A stretch of 64,000 nt of DNA from Opitutaceae bacterium (GTDB lineage Bacteria; Verrucomicrobiota; Verrucomicrobiia; Opitutales; Opitutaceae). The notes below the pieces were generated by a model. It made no database searches, was not told the origin of the DNA, and saw only the letters and a program-made list of their open reading frames with translations. The stretch spans positions 2,911,929 to 2,975,928 of the forward strand of contig JASGHD010000001.1 of the NCBI GenBank assembly GCA_047602505.1, read 5' to 3'. This document shows, in pieces, positions 36,723 through 47,114 of this stretch (its first letter is position 1; each line of letters begins with the position of its first letter). Made by a program: the position numbers and the translations under genes.

Positions 36723-37997
36723 ATGAAGCTGACCGATTCCATGCCGACTCTTCCGCCCGATCGCCGACGTGAACGCTGGGTGCTGCTGCTGCTCACCGCG
36801 GTGCAGTTCGCCCACGCGCTCGACTTCATGATCATGATGCCGCTCGGGCCGCAGCTCATGCGCGCGTTTGCGATCACGCCGGGGAAGTTCGGCGGGCTGG
36901 TGTCGGCGTACACGTTCAGCGCGGGCATCGCGGGCCTGCTCGCGACGTTCGTGCTCGACCGCTTCGACCGGCGGCGGGCGCTGGTGTGGATCTTCGGCGG
37001 CTTCGCCGGGGCGACGCTCTGCTGCGGCCTCGCGCCGTCGTACGCGGCGCTGTTTGGCGCGCGGGTGCTCGCGGGGGCGTTTGGCGGGGTGACGGCTTCG
37101 CTCGTGCTCGCGATGATCGGCGATGTGGTGCCGCTGGAGCGGCGCGGGGCGGCGATCGGGCTGGTGATGTCGGGCTTCTCGGTGGCGTCGATCGCGGGCG
37201 TGCCGGTGGGCCTATGGCTGGCCGGGCACGCGGACTGGCACCGGCCGTTCGTCACGTTGGCCGCGATCTCGGCGGTCATCCTCGGCGCGATGGTGCGGCT
37301 GCTGCCCTCGGTGCCGCCGCACCCGGAGCCGGGCGGGCTCGCCGCCGCGCTCGGCCGTGCCCGCGAGATCGCGGTGCATCCGAACCACCTGCGGGCCTTT
37401 GCGCTGAGCATCGTGATGGCGTTGGCGGCGTACATCGTTTTCCCCTACCTGAGTCCCTCGCTTGTGGCGAACTGCGGTTTCCCGGAGCGGTTGCTGCCGC
37501 TCGTGTACGTGTGCGGCGGGCTGGCTTCGGTCGTGGGCATGAACGCCGCGGGGCGGCTCGCCGACCGCCACGGGCGCCTGCCGGTGTTCCGCATCGCGGC
37601 GACGGTCTCGATGGCGACGGTGCTGCTCGTCACGCATCTGCCGGCGTGGCCGCTGGCGGCGTTGATCGCGGGCACGGCGGCGTTCATGACGCTGAACTCG
37701 ATGCGCTACGTGCCGGCGATGGCGATGATTACGGCGAGCGTCGTGCCGCGGCAGCGCGCCGGATTCCTCAGCCTCAACTCCGCGCTGCAACAACTCGCCG
37801 GCGGGCTCTCGGTTTCCCTCGCGGCGTGGATCGTCGATGTCGATTCGACGGGCCGGATTCTCCACTACGGCATGCTCGGCTGGGTGTCGGTCGTGCTGGT
37901 GCTCGCGACGCTCGCGCTGGCCGCGCGCCTGCGCGTGGCCGAAGGGCCGCCGGAGCCGGAACGAGTTTTCCCCGGCTCGGAGTCGGTGGTGGATTAG
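36723..37997 (+). CDS. MFS transporter.
   Basis: Twelve predicted TM helices. MFS signature-like GPQLMRAF and DRFDRRRAL loops. Confidence 0.85.
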   Translation: MKLTDSMPTLPPDRRRERWVLLLLTAVQFAHALDFMIMMPLGPQLMRAFAITPGKFGGLVSAYTFSAGIAGLLATFVLDRFDRRRALVWIFGGFAGATLCCGLAPSYAALFGARVLAGAFGGVTASLVLAMIGDVVPLERRGAAIGLVMSGFSVASIAGVPVGLWLAGHADWHRPFVTLAAISAVILGAMVRLLPSVPPHPEPGGLAAALGRAREIAVHPNHLRAFALSIVMALAAYIVFPYLSPSLVANCGFPERLLPLVYVCGGLASVVGMNAAGRLADRHGRLPVFRIAATVSMATVLLVTHLPAWPLAALIAGTAAFMTLNSMRYVPAMAMITASVVPRQRAGFLSLNSALQQLAGGLSVSLAAWIVDVDSTGRILHYGMLGWVSVVLVLATLALAARLRVAEGPPEPERVFPGSESVVD

Positions 37998-38149
37998 GGA
38001 GGCGAGAGACGAGGAGCCAGAGGACGGCGGCGAGAACGGTGGCGGGCTCGCCGCGGTCCGCGGGCCGCTCGACGGGCGGGGCGTCCATTCGAGGTAAAAC
38101 AGGCCCGCCGGTGTTTTCGCTCTGGAGGCGCAGCGGGGTCGACGCCTGA

Positions 38150-40438
38150 GTGGCGCGGATGAAATCCTGCTCCCGACTCCTCGCGCTGGGTGCGTTCCTG
38201 CCGGCGCTGCTGCTGGCGAAACCCGACTCGGGCGCGAGCGCCCATTACCAGACCGTGCGCGAGCGTGTCGGCGACGGCGGACAAGTGTTCGTGTACGTCG
38301 ATGTCGACGGCTACTTCACGCAACTCGGCCGCGATCTCACGACGGACATCGCCGCCGTGGCCGGCGACGAACCGGCGCTCGCCCGCTGGAAACAGGACTA
38401 CGCGGCGATCGCCGCCGAGCTCGGGCTCGCACAAGTACGGGCCGTCGGCCTGAGCTCGCGCCAGCTCGGCCCGGACCGTTTTGCCAACAAGATCTACCTG
38501 CATGTGCCCGAGGGCCGGCGCGGGCTGCTGCGACTGCTAGGCGGCACGGCGCACCCGTTCGCCACCGCGAAGCTCGCCCCGGCCGACGCCGACCTCTTCG
38601 TCGAGACGGAGTTCGACCTCGCCGCGCTCTACACGACTGCGCACCAACTGCTGCAGCGCTTCGATCCGGAGCTCGCGAAGGAGTTTCCCGGCGCCGAGCT
38701 GATGGATCCCGCGCATCCCGCGGGCGCGGCGCTGGGGGCCTTCCTGAAGGCGCAGGGACGCTTCACCGCGATCGTGCGCCTGCAGGGCGAGACCGCGCTG
38801 TCACCGGAGTTTCAATTCAAACACGACATCCTGCTCGCGCTCGACATGTGCGGGCCGCAGCTGCTCGCGCTGCTCCGTGAGCAGCACCCGGAGCTGAAGG
38901 AGTCGAAGACGGAGAGCGGGCGCACGTTCTACACGCTCGGCGAGGCCGGCGCGGATCTGCCGCTGCAGCCGGTCGTCGCCGTCGACGGCAACGCCTTCTA
39001 CTTCGCCACGAGCGCGGGCTTCCTTCGCGAGTGCCTCGACCGCAAGAGCGGCCTGCCGCAGGCGCCGATCTTCAAGGAGGCGCTCGCCGCCACCGCGGCC
39101 GAGGGCAACGCGATCGCGTACGCGTCGCCACGGCTGTTCGCCTCGCTCGGAGGCCTGCTCGAATCCATCCCGCAACTTCCGGGCGCCGACAAGTCGTTCG
39201 AGGTCGCGCTCCAAGGCTTGTTGAAACGTTTCGCCAAGGTCGCCGCCCCGGCGGTGTCGGTCACGAGCAACCTGCCCGAGGGCGTGCTCGTGCGGTCCGT
39301 GGGCCCGAGCTCGCTGCGCGAATCGCTGCCCGCGCTGGGTCTCGCCACTCCGGACCTCGCGGGGAACATCCTGCGTGTCGTGCTGCCCGCGCATGTCGCC
39401 AGCCTCCAGGCGAGCGCGCTCGCCACGCGCCAGGAATCCGCCATCCGCGAGAACCTCGCGAAGGTGTCGGCCGCCGCGGAGACGTTTTTCGCGGCCAACG
39501 CCGAGGCCGACGAGGTGGGCTTCACGCAGCTCCTGGAGAGCGCGCCGACGTTGGCGCAGCTCGCACCCGTCGCCGGCGAGGACTACGCGAGCGTGACGGT
39601 GCGGCGCGACCGCGACACCGTCGAGCTCGTGGCGCCGAACGGCGTATCCGCCACCTACGGCCGGGCGTTGACCGACGCCGAGCGCGCGAAGATCGCGAGC
39701 AACCTGGCGCTCTACGACGAGGCGGCGGTGCTCTATTTCGCCGCACATCAGGACGAGGCGACGATGTCCGCGTACGCCGCGACCGAGGCGGGTGGCGCGC
39801 TCACGAGCACGCCCGACTCGGTCGTCGGCGAGGAGTACGAGATCGAGGTCGCGCGCGACGCGACGGCGATCGAGCTGCGCACGCCCGGCGGCTCCACGGT
39901 GCGCCATGAACGGCAGCCCGGTCTGCGATGGACGCTGCTCAAGCGGCGCGCGCAGCAGACCGCCGCGATTCGGGAGAACCTCGCGACGTTCTTCACCGTG
40001 GCGAGCGAGTACCTCAGTGCGCATCCGGACGAAGGTTACGTCAGCGGTTACGAGCTCTTCGGCGGCGACCACGACCGGCCGGAGCTGCCCGCCGTGGCGG
40101 GCGAGAGCTACAGCAACGTGCGGCTGAACCGCCACAGCGCGACGGTGTCGTTCGACGTGGCCGGTGTCGGCACGGTGGTCTACGAGGCGGAACTCCCCGT
40201 GGCGCAGGCCGAGGCCATCCGGGGAAATCTTCGCGCGATTGCGAAAGCCGGCGCGGATTTCTTCACGAAGAACCCCGCCGAGAACCTGGTCGTGGCGGGC
40301 GAGCTGTTCGCCACGGGCGTGCCGCGGCCGGAGTCGTTGACAGGCGAGGACTACGAGGCGCTCGTGCTCGAGCGTGGTGCCACCGCGCTCACGCTCACAT
40401 TGCGCGACGGCCGGAAGATCACCGCCGAGCTGCGCTGA
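38150..40438 (+). CDS. Hypothetical secreted protein (762 aa).
   Basis: Signal peptide MKSCSRLLALGAFLPALLLA. No recognisable domain. Confidence 0.55.
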   Translation: MARMKSCSRLLALGAFLPALLLAKPDSGASAHYQTVRERVGDGGQVFVYVDVDGYFTQLGRDLTTDIAAVAGDEPALARWKQDYAAIAAELGLAQVRAVGLSSRQLGPDRFANKIYLHVPEGRRGLLRLLGGTAHPFATAKLAPADADLFVETEFDLAALYTTAHQLLQRFDPELAKEFPGAELMDPAHPAGAALGAFLKAQGRFTAIVRLQGETALSPEFQFKHDILLALDMCGPQLLALLREQHPELKESKTESGRTFYTLGEAGADLPLQPVVAVDGNAFYFATSAGFLRECLDRKSGLPQAPIFKEALAATAAEGNAIAYASPRLFASLGGLLESIPQLPGADKSFEVALQGLLKRFAKVAAPAVSVTSNLPEGVLVRSVGPSSLRESLPALGLATPDLAGNILRVVLPAHVASLQASALATRQESAIRENLAKVSAAAETFFAANAEADEVGFTQLLESAPTLAQLAPVAGEDYASVTVRRDRDTVELVAPNGVSATYGRALTDAERAKIASNLALYDEAAVLYFAAHQDEATMSAYAATEAGGALTSTPDSVVGEEYEIEVARDATAIELRTPGGSTVRHERQPGLRWTLLKRRAQQTAAIRENLATFFTVASEYLSAHPDEGYVSGYELFGGDHDRPELPAVAGESYSNVRLNRHSATVSFDVAGVGTVVYEAELPVAQAEAIRGNLRAIAKAGADFFTKNPAENLVVAGELFATGVPRPESLTGEDYEALVLERGATALTLTLRDGRKITAELR

Positions 40439-40444
40439 GCGCGG

Positions 40445-40594
40445 TCAGGGTTTGCGCGGCGTGGCCGCGGCTTTCGGGGCAACCGGCTTGGGCGACTCGG
40501 CCGGTTGTTCCTTTTGCACGCGACGGCGCTGCTGCTCCTTGAAGCGGAGGGCGTTCTTCTGGTCGCGGATCGTCGGCAGGTATTTCTGTCCCAT
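40445..40594 (-). CDS. Possible small basic protein (about 49 aa).
   Basis: MGQKYLPTIRDQKNALRFKEQQRRRVQKEQ…; Lys/Arg-rich. Weak call in a GC-rich background. Confidence 0.2.
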   Translation of the reverse strand: MGQKYLPTIRDQKNALRFKEQQRRRVQKEQPAESPKPVAPKAAATPRKP

Positions 40595-40686
40595 GCGCCG
40601 CAAAGGGCCGCAACGCGCGCCTCGGGGCAACGAGATTCGTGGATCGGGATCGCGCGACCGGGCGGACGCCGCCAGAGTTTGTTGGC

Positions 40687-40854
40687 ATGACCAAGCTCTG
40701 CATCTTCGTCGGCATGTTCGTGGTGAGCACGGCCGTGGGGCTGGCGGCGGATGCGTTGGGGTGCAGTTTCTTCACGTCGTTTCTGCTCAGCGGGGTCGGC
40801 GCGATGATCGGTGTCTGGCTCGGTTGGCTGGTCGCGCGGCGGTGGTTCTGGTAA
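40687..40854 (+). CDS. Small two-TM membrane protein (about 55 aa).
   Basis: MTKLCIFVGMFVVSTAVGLAADALGCSFFTSFLLSGVGAMIGVWLGWLVARRWFW. Confidence 0.35.
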   Translation: MTKLCIFVGMFVVSTAVGLAADALGCSFFTSFLLSGVGAMIGVWLGWLVARRWFW

Positions 40855-40872
40855 GGCGGAGACGCGCGATTC

Positions 40873-41571
40873 TCAGGTCTGCGTGGTGGTTTCGGTGGCG
40901 AGCGGTGCCGCGAGCGCGGCAAGCAGGAGCGGCAGGCCGATGCAGAGGCAGATCGAGGCGGACATCACCGCGCCGGCGAGTCGCGGCGCGATGGGCAGCA
41001 GCGGCACATGGAGCAGAAACACGACGATGCTGGCGAGGAACGTCCACGCGAGCTTCGGGCTGCGACGGCGGTACAGCCACGCGATGGCACCGCCGGCGAC
41101 GTAGGCGATGGAGAAGCCGGCGATGTCGAGGGCGACGAACCGGATCCAGTTCGTCGGCCCGAGCGCGCGGGCGATCTCGGGCGGTGGTGGCGGCACGGGA
41201 TGGAGCTGCAGCGCCAGCGTGGGCAGGTAGGACGTGATTTCGATGACGAGGGCGACGGCCAGCGCGCTGGCGATCACCGCCGTCGCGACCGGGCGGAACC
41301 GGATCTCGGCGAACGCATAGAGCACGACCAGCGGCAGCAGCGCCGAGGCGTAGAGCAGCGCGCCGCCCGTCTGGACCGCGCCCCAGAGCCGCGAGACCTC
41401 GATCCCCGAGAAATCGCCGGAGACGAGCATCTCCGGCGTGACCGCCGGCGGCGCGAGCAACGTGGGCAAGGCGTAGAGGAGCAGTCCCGCCGCGGAGAGC
41501 GCGGCGAGCCAGAGCGCGGGATTGCGGGTGTCGGTCGGAAGCGTGTGCGGGGCGAGCGCTGCGTCGTTCAT
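40873..41571 (-). CDS. Hypothetical integral membrane protein.
   Basis: Several TM helices. No family recognised. Confidence 0.55.
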   Translation of the reverse strand: MNDAALAPHTLPTDTRNPALWLAALSAAGLLLYALPTLLAPPAVTPEMLVSGDFSGIEVSRLWGAVQTGGALLYASALLPLVVLYAFAEIRFRPVATAVIASALAVALVIEITSYLPTLALQLHPVPPPPPEIARALGPTNWIRFVALDIAGFSIAYVAGGAIAWLYRRRSPKLAWTFLASIVVFLLHVPLLPIAPRLAGAVMSASICLCIGLPLLLAALAAPLATETTTQT

Positions 41572-41654
41572 GGGGCAACCTATCCCGCGCGGTGAGATGT
41601 GCCGGCGGATTTGTGACAGGCGGTGCCGGCCGCGGGTCGGACGGCAGGCGGTCG

Positions 41655-41707
41655 GTAGGGCGAACCCTCCGGGTGAGCCGCGGCTCGGCGGGGACGCCTC
41701 GCCCTAC
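41655..41707. repeat. REP-like inverted-repeat element copy.
   Basis: GTAGGGCGAACCCTCCGGGTGAGCCGCGGCTCGGCGGGGACGCCTCGCCCTAC. Confidence 0.65.
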
Positions 41708-42119
41708 CTCGACCAAGGCCGTTTCGGCGATCTGCCGTCGTGGCGTACGCGATGATCAACGACCGCAAGAGCGCTCCCGCCGCCGACTACCTCGACGCGC
41801 TGCGTGCCTACCGGATCAAGGCATTCCTCTGGAGCCAGCGCGAGGCGCTGGCGACCGAGGTCGGGGCGAACCGAGGCGGCTGTGTGGCTCCGACGAGGCC
41901 GGAAGCGGGTCCGCTGATGGACGCTGATCAACGCTGATAGGTGGACGAACGGCGTAGAATAGCGTGTCGCAGAACACCGGCGACGAATGCTGGACTTCCA
42001 GGACGCGCTAAGTCAGAGAGATAGCCGTCTCGGCGCTTTGGCCGGGTTGTGGCAAGAGGCGCGCTATGTATCTCAATCCCCGCCTTTGACGAACCACTGC
42101 TTGCTACATCGAAATTACC

Positions 42120-42611
42120 ATGAAGAAGCCCCAAATCCCCATAGATGAGCTGAAGAAGCTCTACCAAAAGTCGGAAGTCGCTCGCGCATTCCTCGATCAC
42201 GCTGCCCGTCGCAAGAACAACCAGACTGAAACAAAGGTTGATCGCATCTTGACCATTCTGAATCGCGAAGGGCATTCGCTCTCGCGGGGAGATGTGATTG
42301 AACTCTTTAAGAGATTCGAGGCCCTAGAGTTGGGATCATTCGTAAAAGGCACCCACGGCTGGCCTTCGCGTTTTGTATGGCAGGTCGGGATAGTTAGTGT
42401 CGGTAAGGCAGCAGCCGGAGAAAGCGCCGAGATCGAGTCTGTTGCGGATGAGGATACGGATACGGAGGATGCGGATGCCGATCTAGTGGTACACAGTTTC
42501 CGGTTGCGCGATACCCTTGTTGTTAAGCTCTCATTTCCTGATGATCTAACGGACACAGAAGCCGAACGGTTGGCCGGATTTGTGAAGACTCTTCCGATCA
42601 ACGACGATTGA
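42120..42611 (+). CDS. Hypothetical protein encoded in a lower-GC island.
   Basis: MKKPQIPIDELKKLYQKSEVARAFLDHAARRKNNQTE…; acidic C-terminal half. The local GC is clearly below the surroundings. Confidence 0.5.
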   Translation: MKKPQIPIDELKKLYQKSEVARAFLDHAARRKNNQTETKVDRILTILNREGHSLSRGDVIELFKRFEALELGSFVKGTHGWPSRFVWQVGIVSVGKAAAGESAEIESVADEDTDTEDADADLVVHSFRLRDTLVVKLSFPDDLTDTEAERLAGFVKTLPINDD

Positions 42612-42656
42612 TCTGCACCGTCGGAGAGCCGTGCGGTGCTGAACGCCGCACGACTC

Positions 42657-43787
42657 TCACGTCAGCGTCTTCCGGAAGCGGGAGACGGCGATGGCCATGA
42701 CGGCGACGCCGAGGGCGAGGAGGGCGGCGTATTGCGGCCAGAGGATGTCGAAACCGATGCCCTTCAGGAACACTCCGCGGATGATCACGAGGATGTAGCG
42801 CAGCGGGTCGACCAGGCTCAGCCATTGGAAAAACGCCGGCATGTTCGCGATGGGGAAGATGAACCCGGAGAAAAGCATCGCGGGGAAAAAGAAGAAGAAT
42901 GTCGTCATCATCGCCTGCTGCTGCGTGCGGCAGACCGTCGAGATGAACAGCCCGATGCCGAGCGTGCTCAGCAGGAAGAGCGCGACGCCGCCGAGCAGGA
43001 GCGCGAAGCTGCCGCGGAACGGAATCTGGAACCAGAATAGCGCCACGGCGGAAACGAGCGCGACGTCGATGAATCCGATCACCGCGAACGGCGCGCATTT
43101 TCCGAGGATGAACTCCACCGGGCGGATCGGCGTGACCATGACCTGCTCGATCGTGCCGACCTCCTTCTCGCGCACGATCGCCATGCTGGTGAGCATGAGG
43201 CTGATCAGCATGACCATGATCGAGATCACGCCGGGCACGTAGAAGTGGCGGCTCTCGAGATCGGCGTTGAACCACGCGCGCGGCTGGAGATCGACAGCGC
43301 CGACGGGCACGGTGCGGCCGGCGAGGCGGAGAGTCTGGTCGAGCGCGAGGGCGTTGCCGGCGGTGGCGGCGATGACGCCGGCGTAGTTGACCACATAGCG
43401 CGCGGTGTTCGAGTCGGCGCCGTCGACGATGAGTTGCACGGGCGCGGGCTGCCCGGCGTGGAGGCGACGTTCGTAGCCGGCGTCGATGCGCAGGATCGCC
43501 GCGGCGCGAGTGGAGTCGACGAGGGCGCGCGCCTCATCGTCGTCGAAGGTGCGGGCGACGGCGTCGAAGTACGCGGAGCCGGTGAACCGCGCGACGAGCT
43601 CGCGGCTGGCGGGGGTGTTGTCGCGGTCGACGATGGCGAGCGGCACGTGGCGGACATCGAGCGTGACGGCGTAGCCGAAGATCAACGTCTGGATGACCGG
43701 CAGCCCGAAGATGACGATCCGCATGCGCGGGTCGCGGAGGACGGAGCGGAACTCCTTGCGCAGGAGGGTGAGGATGCGTTCCCACAT
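42657..43787 (-). CDS. ABC-2 family transporter permease (YbhR-like).
   Basis: MWERILTLLRKEFRSVLRDPRMRIVIFGLPVIQTLIFGYAVTLD; six-TM ABC-2 topology. Confidence 0.85.
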   Translation of the reverse strand: MWERILTLLRKEFRSVLRDPRMRIVIFGLPVIQTLIFGYAVTLDVRHVPLAIVDRDNTPASRELVARFTGSAYFDAVARTFDDDEARALVDSTRAAAILRIDAGYERRLHAGQPAPVQLIVDGADSNTARYVVNYAGVIAATAGNALALDQTLRLAGRTVPVGAVDLQPRAWFNADLESRHFYVPGVISIMVMLISLMLTSMAIVREKEVGTIEQVMVTPIRPVEFILGKCAPFAVIGFIDVALVSAVALFWFQIPFRGSFALLLGGVALFLLSTLGIGLFISTVCRTQQQAMMTTFFFFFPAMLFSGFIFPIANMPAFFQWLSLVDPLRYILVIIRGVFLKGIGFDILWPQYAALLALGVAVMAIAVSRFRKTLT

Positions 43788-43865
43788 GGTGGGTTCAGGG
43801 GGCGGGCGTTTCCCGTAGGGCCGGACCGGGCGTCCTATGCTGGGCGCTTTGCCTGCCGGTGGAAG

Positions 43866-43919
43866 GTAGGGCGAACCGTCCCCGGTGAGCCGCGGCTCGG
43901 CGGGGACGCCTCGCCCTAC
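43866..43919. repeat. REP-like inverted-repeat element copy lying between the two ABC-2 permease genes.
   Basis: GTAGGGCGAACCGTCCCCGGTGAGCCGCGGCTCGGCGGGGACGCCTCGCCCTAC. Confidence 0.65.
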
Positions 43920-43961
43920 CCGCAGGCGTCGGAGCGGCCGGAATGGATGGATGGCGTGCCT

Positions 43962-45095
43962 TCATCCGAGCCTCCGTTTCGTGCGCGCGATGGCGGCGAC
44001 GAGCATCAGCGCGGCGAAACCAAGCAGGAACAGCGCGTCGCCCCAGAGGATCGTGACGCCGGTGCCGCGGAGGAAGATGCCTTTCACGAGGGCGACGAAG
44101 TAGCGCGCCGGCACGATGTGGGTGATGCCGCGCACGACGACCGGCATGTTGGCGATGGCGAAGGCGAAGCCGGAGAGCAGGAAGGCCGGGAGGAACGTGG
44201 CCACCATCGCGAGCTGGCTGGCGAGCAACTGCTGGCGCGTGATCGTGCTAATCAGGATGCCCTGCGCGAGCGTGGCGACGATGAACACGGTGCCCACGCC
44301 GAAGAGCAGCAGCACGCTGCCGCGCAGCGGCACATCGAAGAGGAAGACGGCCATCGCCACGGCGATGACGAAATCGACGAGGCCGACACCGAGGTACGGC
44401 AGGAGTTTTCCGAGGATCAACTCGGGCGGGCGCACCGGCGTGGAGATGAGCTGCTCCATCGTGCCGGTCTCCCATTCGCGCGCGATGGTCAGCGAGGTGA
44501 GCAGCGCGGAGATCAACCCCATGATGACGGCGAGGATACCGGGCACGATGAAGTTGCGGCTGGCGAGGTCGGGGTTGAACCACACGCGGGTGCGCAGATC
44601 GAGGCCGGTGCCCGGCGCGAGCCCGGTGCGGCGGCGGACCTGGTCCAGCGCGAGCTGCTGGTTGAACGCCAGTGCGATGGCCTGCGTGTAGCCGAGGACG
44701 ATGCCCGCGGTGTTCGAGTCGGCGCCGTCGACGATGGCCTGCACGGGCGCGGAGCGGCCGGCGTCGAGATCGCGCGCGAAGTCGGGACGAATGACGAGGG
44801 CGAGCATCGCCTCCCGCGAGTCGATCGCGTGCTCGAGCTCGGCGTAGGAAGCCACCTCGCCGCGGAACGCGAAATACGGCGTGCCGGTGAAACGTGCGAC
44901 GAGCTCCCGGCTCCGCGGCGTGCCGCTCTGGTCCCACACGACGAACGGCACGCGGTCCACATCGAGCGTGAGCGCGTAGCCGAAGGCGAGCAGCATGAGC
45001 AGCGGGATGCCGACGGCGAGGCCGAGGCTGCGCGGGTCGCGGCGGATGTGGAGCGCTTCCTTGCGGGCGATGGCCCAGAGGCGGCGAAAGTTCAT
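43962..45095 (-). CDS. ABC-2 family transporter permease (YbhS-like).
   Basis: MNFRRLWAIARKEALHIRRDPRSLGLAVGIPLLMLLAFGYALTLD; paralogue of the downstream permease. Confidence 0.85.
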   Translation of the reverse strand: MNFRRLWAIARKEALHIRRDPRSLGLAVGIPLLMLLAFGYALTLDVDRVPFVVWDQSGTPRSRELVARFTGTPYFAFRGEVASYAELEHAIDSREAMLALVIRPDFARDLDAGRSAPVQAIVDGADSNTAGIVLGYTQAIALAFNQQLALDQVRRRTGLAPGTGLDLRTRVWFNPDLASRNFIVPGILAVIMGLISALLTSLTIAREWETGTMEQLISTPVRPPELILGKLLPYLGVGLVDFVIAVAMAVFLFDVPLRGSVLLLFGVGTVFIVATLAQGILISTITRQQLLASQLAMVATFLPAFLLSGFAFAIANMPVVVRGITHIVPARYFVALVKGIFLRGTGVTILWGDALFLLGFAALMLVAAIARTKRRLG

Positions 45096-46090
45096 CGGCG
45101 GAACTCCTGTTGCGCGCCGGCGGCACGGTCGTGGGCCTCGATGAGCGAGACGAACACATCCTCCAATGTGGGCACGATCCGCTCGACGCGGGCGACGGCG
45201 ATGCGTTCGGCGGCGAGGGCGCCGCGGACCGCGGCGACCGCGGAGTCGGCATCGGCGGCGACGACATGGAGGCCTTTGCCGAAGAGAGCCGTTTCCTTCA
45301 CGGCCGGCACACGCGCGAGCACGGTCATCGCGTCGCTCGGGCGCTCGCAGTCGATCTCGAGCACGGCGTCGGTCATGTGGGTGGTCTTCAGGTCGCGCGG
45401 GCGGCCGAGGGCGATCAGTTCGCCGCGGTAGACGATGCCGAGCCGGTCACAATACTCGGACTCCTCCATGTAGTGGGTTGTCACGAACACCGTCACTCCC
45501 TGGCCGGCGAGCGTGTAGATGAGGTCCCAGAACTGACGGCGGCTGATCGGGTCGACGCCGGAGGTCGGCTCGTCGAGGAAGAGGATCGGCGGCTCGTGGA
45601 GCACGGCGCAGCCGAGCGCGAGGCGTTGCTTCCAGCCACCGGAGAGCGTGGACGTGCGCGAGCCGCGGTGCGCGGCGAGGCCGGCCATCTCGAGCACCCA
45701 GGCTTTGCGGGCGGCCTTCTTCGCGGCGGGGATGCGGTAGATGCCGCTGTAGAAATCGATGTTCTCCTCGACGGTGAGCTCGTCGTAGAGGGAGAACTTC
45801 TGGCTCATGTAGCCGATGCGCTCCTTGATGCGCTCGGTCTGCGTGCGGATGTCGAAACCGGCGACCCGGCCGCTGCCGCCGCTCGGTGCGAGGAGGCCGC
45901 AGAGCATCCGGATGGTGGTGGACTTGCCCGCACCGTTGGGGCCGAGGAAGCCGAAGATCTCGCCGCGCGCGACGGAGAACGAGACGCCCGCGACCGCGCG
46001 AAACGCGCCGAAACGTTTCTCGAGATTTCGCACCTCGACGATCGGTTCGGCGGCGGGAGCGACGGCGACGTTGGATGGCGAATCGGTCAT
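45092..46090 (-). CDS. ABC transporter ATP-binding protein.
   Basis: Walker A GPNGAGKSTT, signature LSGGWKQRLAL, Walker B LFLDEPTSGVD. Confidence 0.9.
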   Translation of the reverse strand: MTDSPSNVAVAPAAEPIVEVRNLEKRFGAFRAVAGVSFSVARGEIFGFLGPNGAGKSTTIRMLCGLLAPSGGSGRVAGFDIRTQTERIKERIGYMSQKFSLYDELTVEENIDFYSGIYRIPAAKKAARKAWVLEMAGLAAHRGSRTSTLSGGWKQRLALGCAVLHEPPILFLDEPTSGVDPISRRQFWDLIYTLAGQGVTVFVTTHYMEESEYCDRLGIVYRGELIALGRPRDLKTTHMTDAVLEIDCERPSDAMTVLARVPAVKETALFGKGLHVVAADADSAVAAVRGALAAERIAVARVERIVPTLEDVFVSLIEAHDRAAGAQQEFRR

Positions 46091-46114
46091 GGCGACGCGG
46101 GTATCGGCGGCTTG

Positions 46115-47062
46115 TCAGCCATTGGTTGACGTGCCCGCGGGGCTCGCCGGCTGGCCGACGACGGAGACGAAAACATCCTCAAGCGAGGGCTCGATGGGGT
46201 GAAGCGAGAGCAGCTCGAAACCGGCGGAGGCGACGAGGCGCCGCGTCTCGGCCTCCGCCGCGGCGGGCTCGCGCGTGGCGACATGGACGCGGTCGCCGAA
46301 GAGGCCGACAGTGGCGGATTGGAGGCGTGCGCGCAGGAGCGTGGCGGTGCGGCGCGGCGCGGCGGTGCGGACCTCGAGGAGCGTGCCCGGCATGAGGCGC
46401 TTCACCTCGACCGGTGTGCCCAGACCGAGGAGACGGCCGGCGTGGAGGAGCGCGAGGCGGTTGCAGCGCTCGGCCTCGTCGAGGTAGGCGGTGGAGACGA
46501 AGAGCGTCACGCCCTCGCGCACGAGCTGGTAGAGGATGCGCCAGAAGTCGCGGCGGGAGACGGGATCGACGCCGTTGGTGGGCTCGTCGAGGAACAGCAC
46601 GCGCGGGGTGTGGATGAGCGCGCAGGCGAGGCCGAGTTTCTGTTTCATACCGCCGGAGAGGTTGCCGGCGAGCCGGTGCTTGAACGGGGTGAGGTTGCTG
46701 AAGCCGAGCAGCCGCTCGGTGCGCGCGGCGAGTTCGCGGCGCGGCACGCCGTAGATGTCGGCGTAGAAGGCGATGTTTTCGAGGACGGAGAGATCGGGGT
46801 AGAGGCCGAAACGCTGGCTCATGTAGCCGATGTGGTCCTTGAGTCGCACGGCGTCGCGCCCGACATCGCAGCCGGCGACCTCGGCGGTGCCGGAGGTGGG
46901 CGAAAGGATGCCGGTGAGAAGGCGCATCGTCGTTGTTTTTCCGGCACCGTCGGGCCCGACGAGGCCGAAGATCTCACCTTCGGCCACCTCGAGGTCGAGG
47001 GCGTCGACGGCCACGAGTTCGCCGAAGGTGCGGCGGAGTTGGCGGGCGCGGATCGCGGGCAT
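46115..47062 (-). CDS. ABC transporter ATP-binding protein (second copy).
   Basis: Walker A GPDGAGKTTT, signature LSGGMKQKLGLACAL, Walker B LFLDEPTNGVD. Confidence 0.9.
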   Translation of the reverse strand: MPAIRARQLRRTFGELVAVDALDLEVAEGEIFGLVGPDGAGKTTTMRLLTGILSPTSGTAEVAGCDVGRDAVRLKDHIGYMSQRFGLYPDLSVLENIAFYADIYGVPRRELAARTERLLGFSNLTPFKHRLAGNLSGGMKQKLGLACALIHTPRVLFLDEPTNGVDPVSRRDFWRILYQLVREGVTLFVSTAYLDEAERCNRLALLHAGRLLGLGTPVEVKRLMPGTLLEVRTAAPRRTATLLRARLQSATVGLFGDRVHVATREPAAAEAETRRLVASAGFELLSLHPIEPSLEDVFVSVVGQPASPAGTSTNG

Positions 47063-47114
47063 CGGCGGAAGGGAAGGCGAAGGGAACGAGGCGAGGGGAC
47101 GGACCTGTTGCTGC

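Noticed and set aside
43245-45431. 728-aa plus-strand ORF antisense to the ABC-2 permease genes.
   Set aside because: Antisense artefact, Gly/Glu/Arg-rich.
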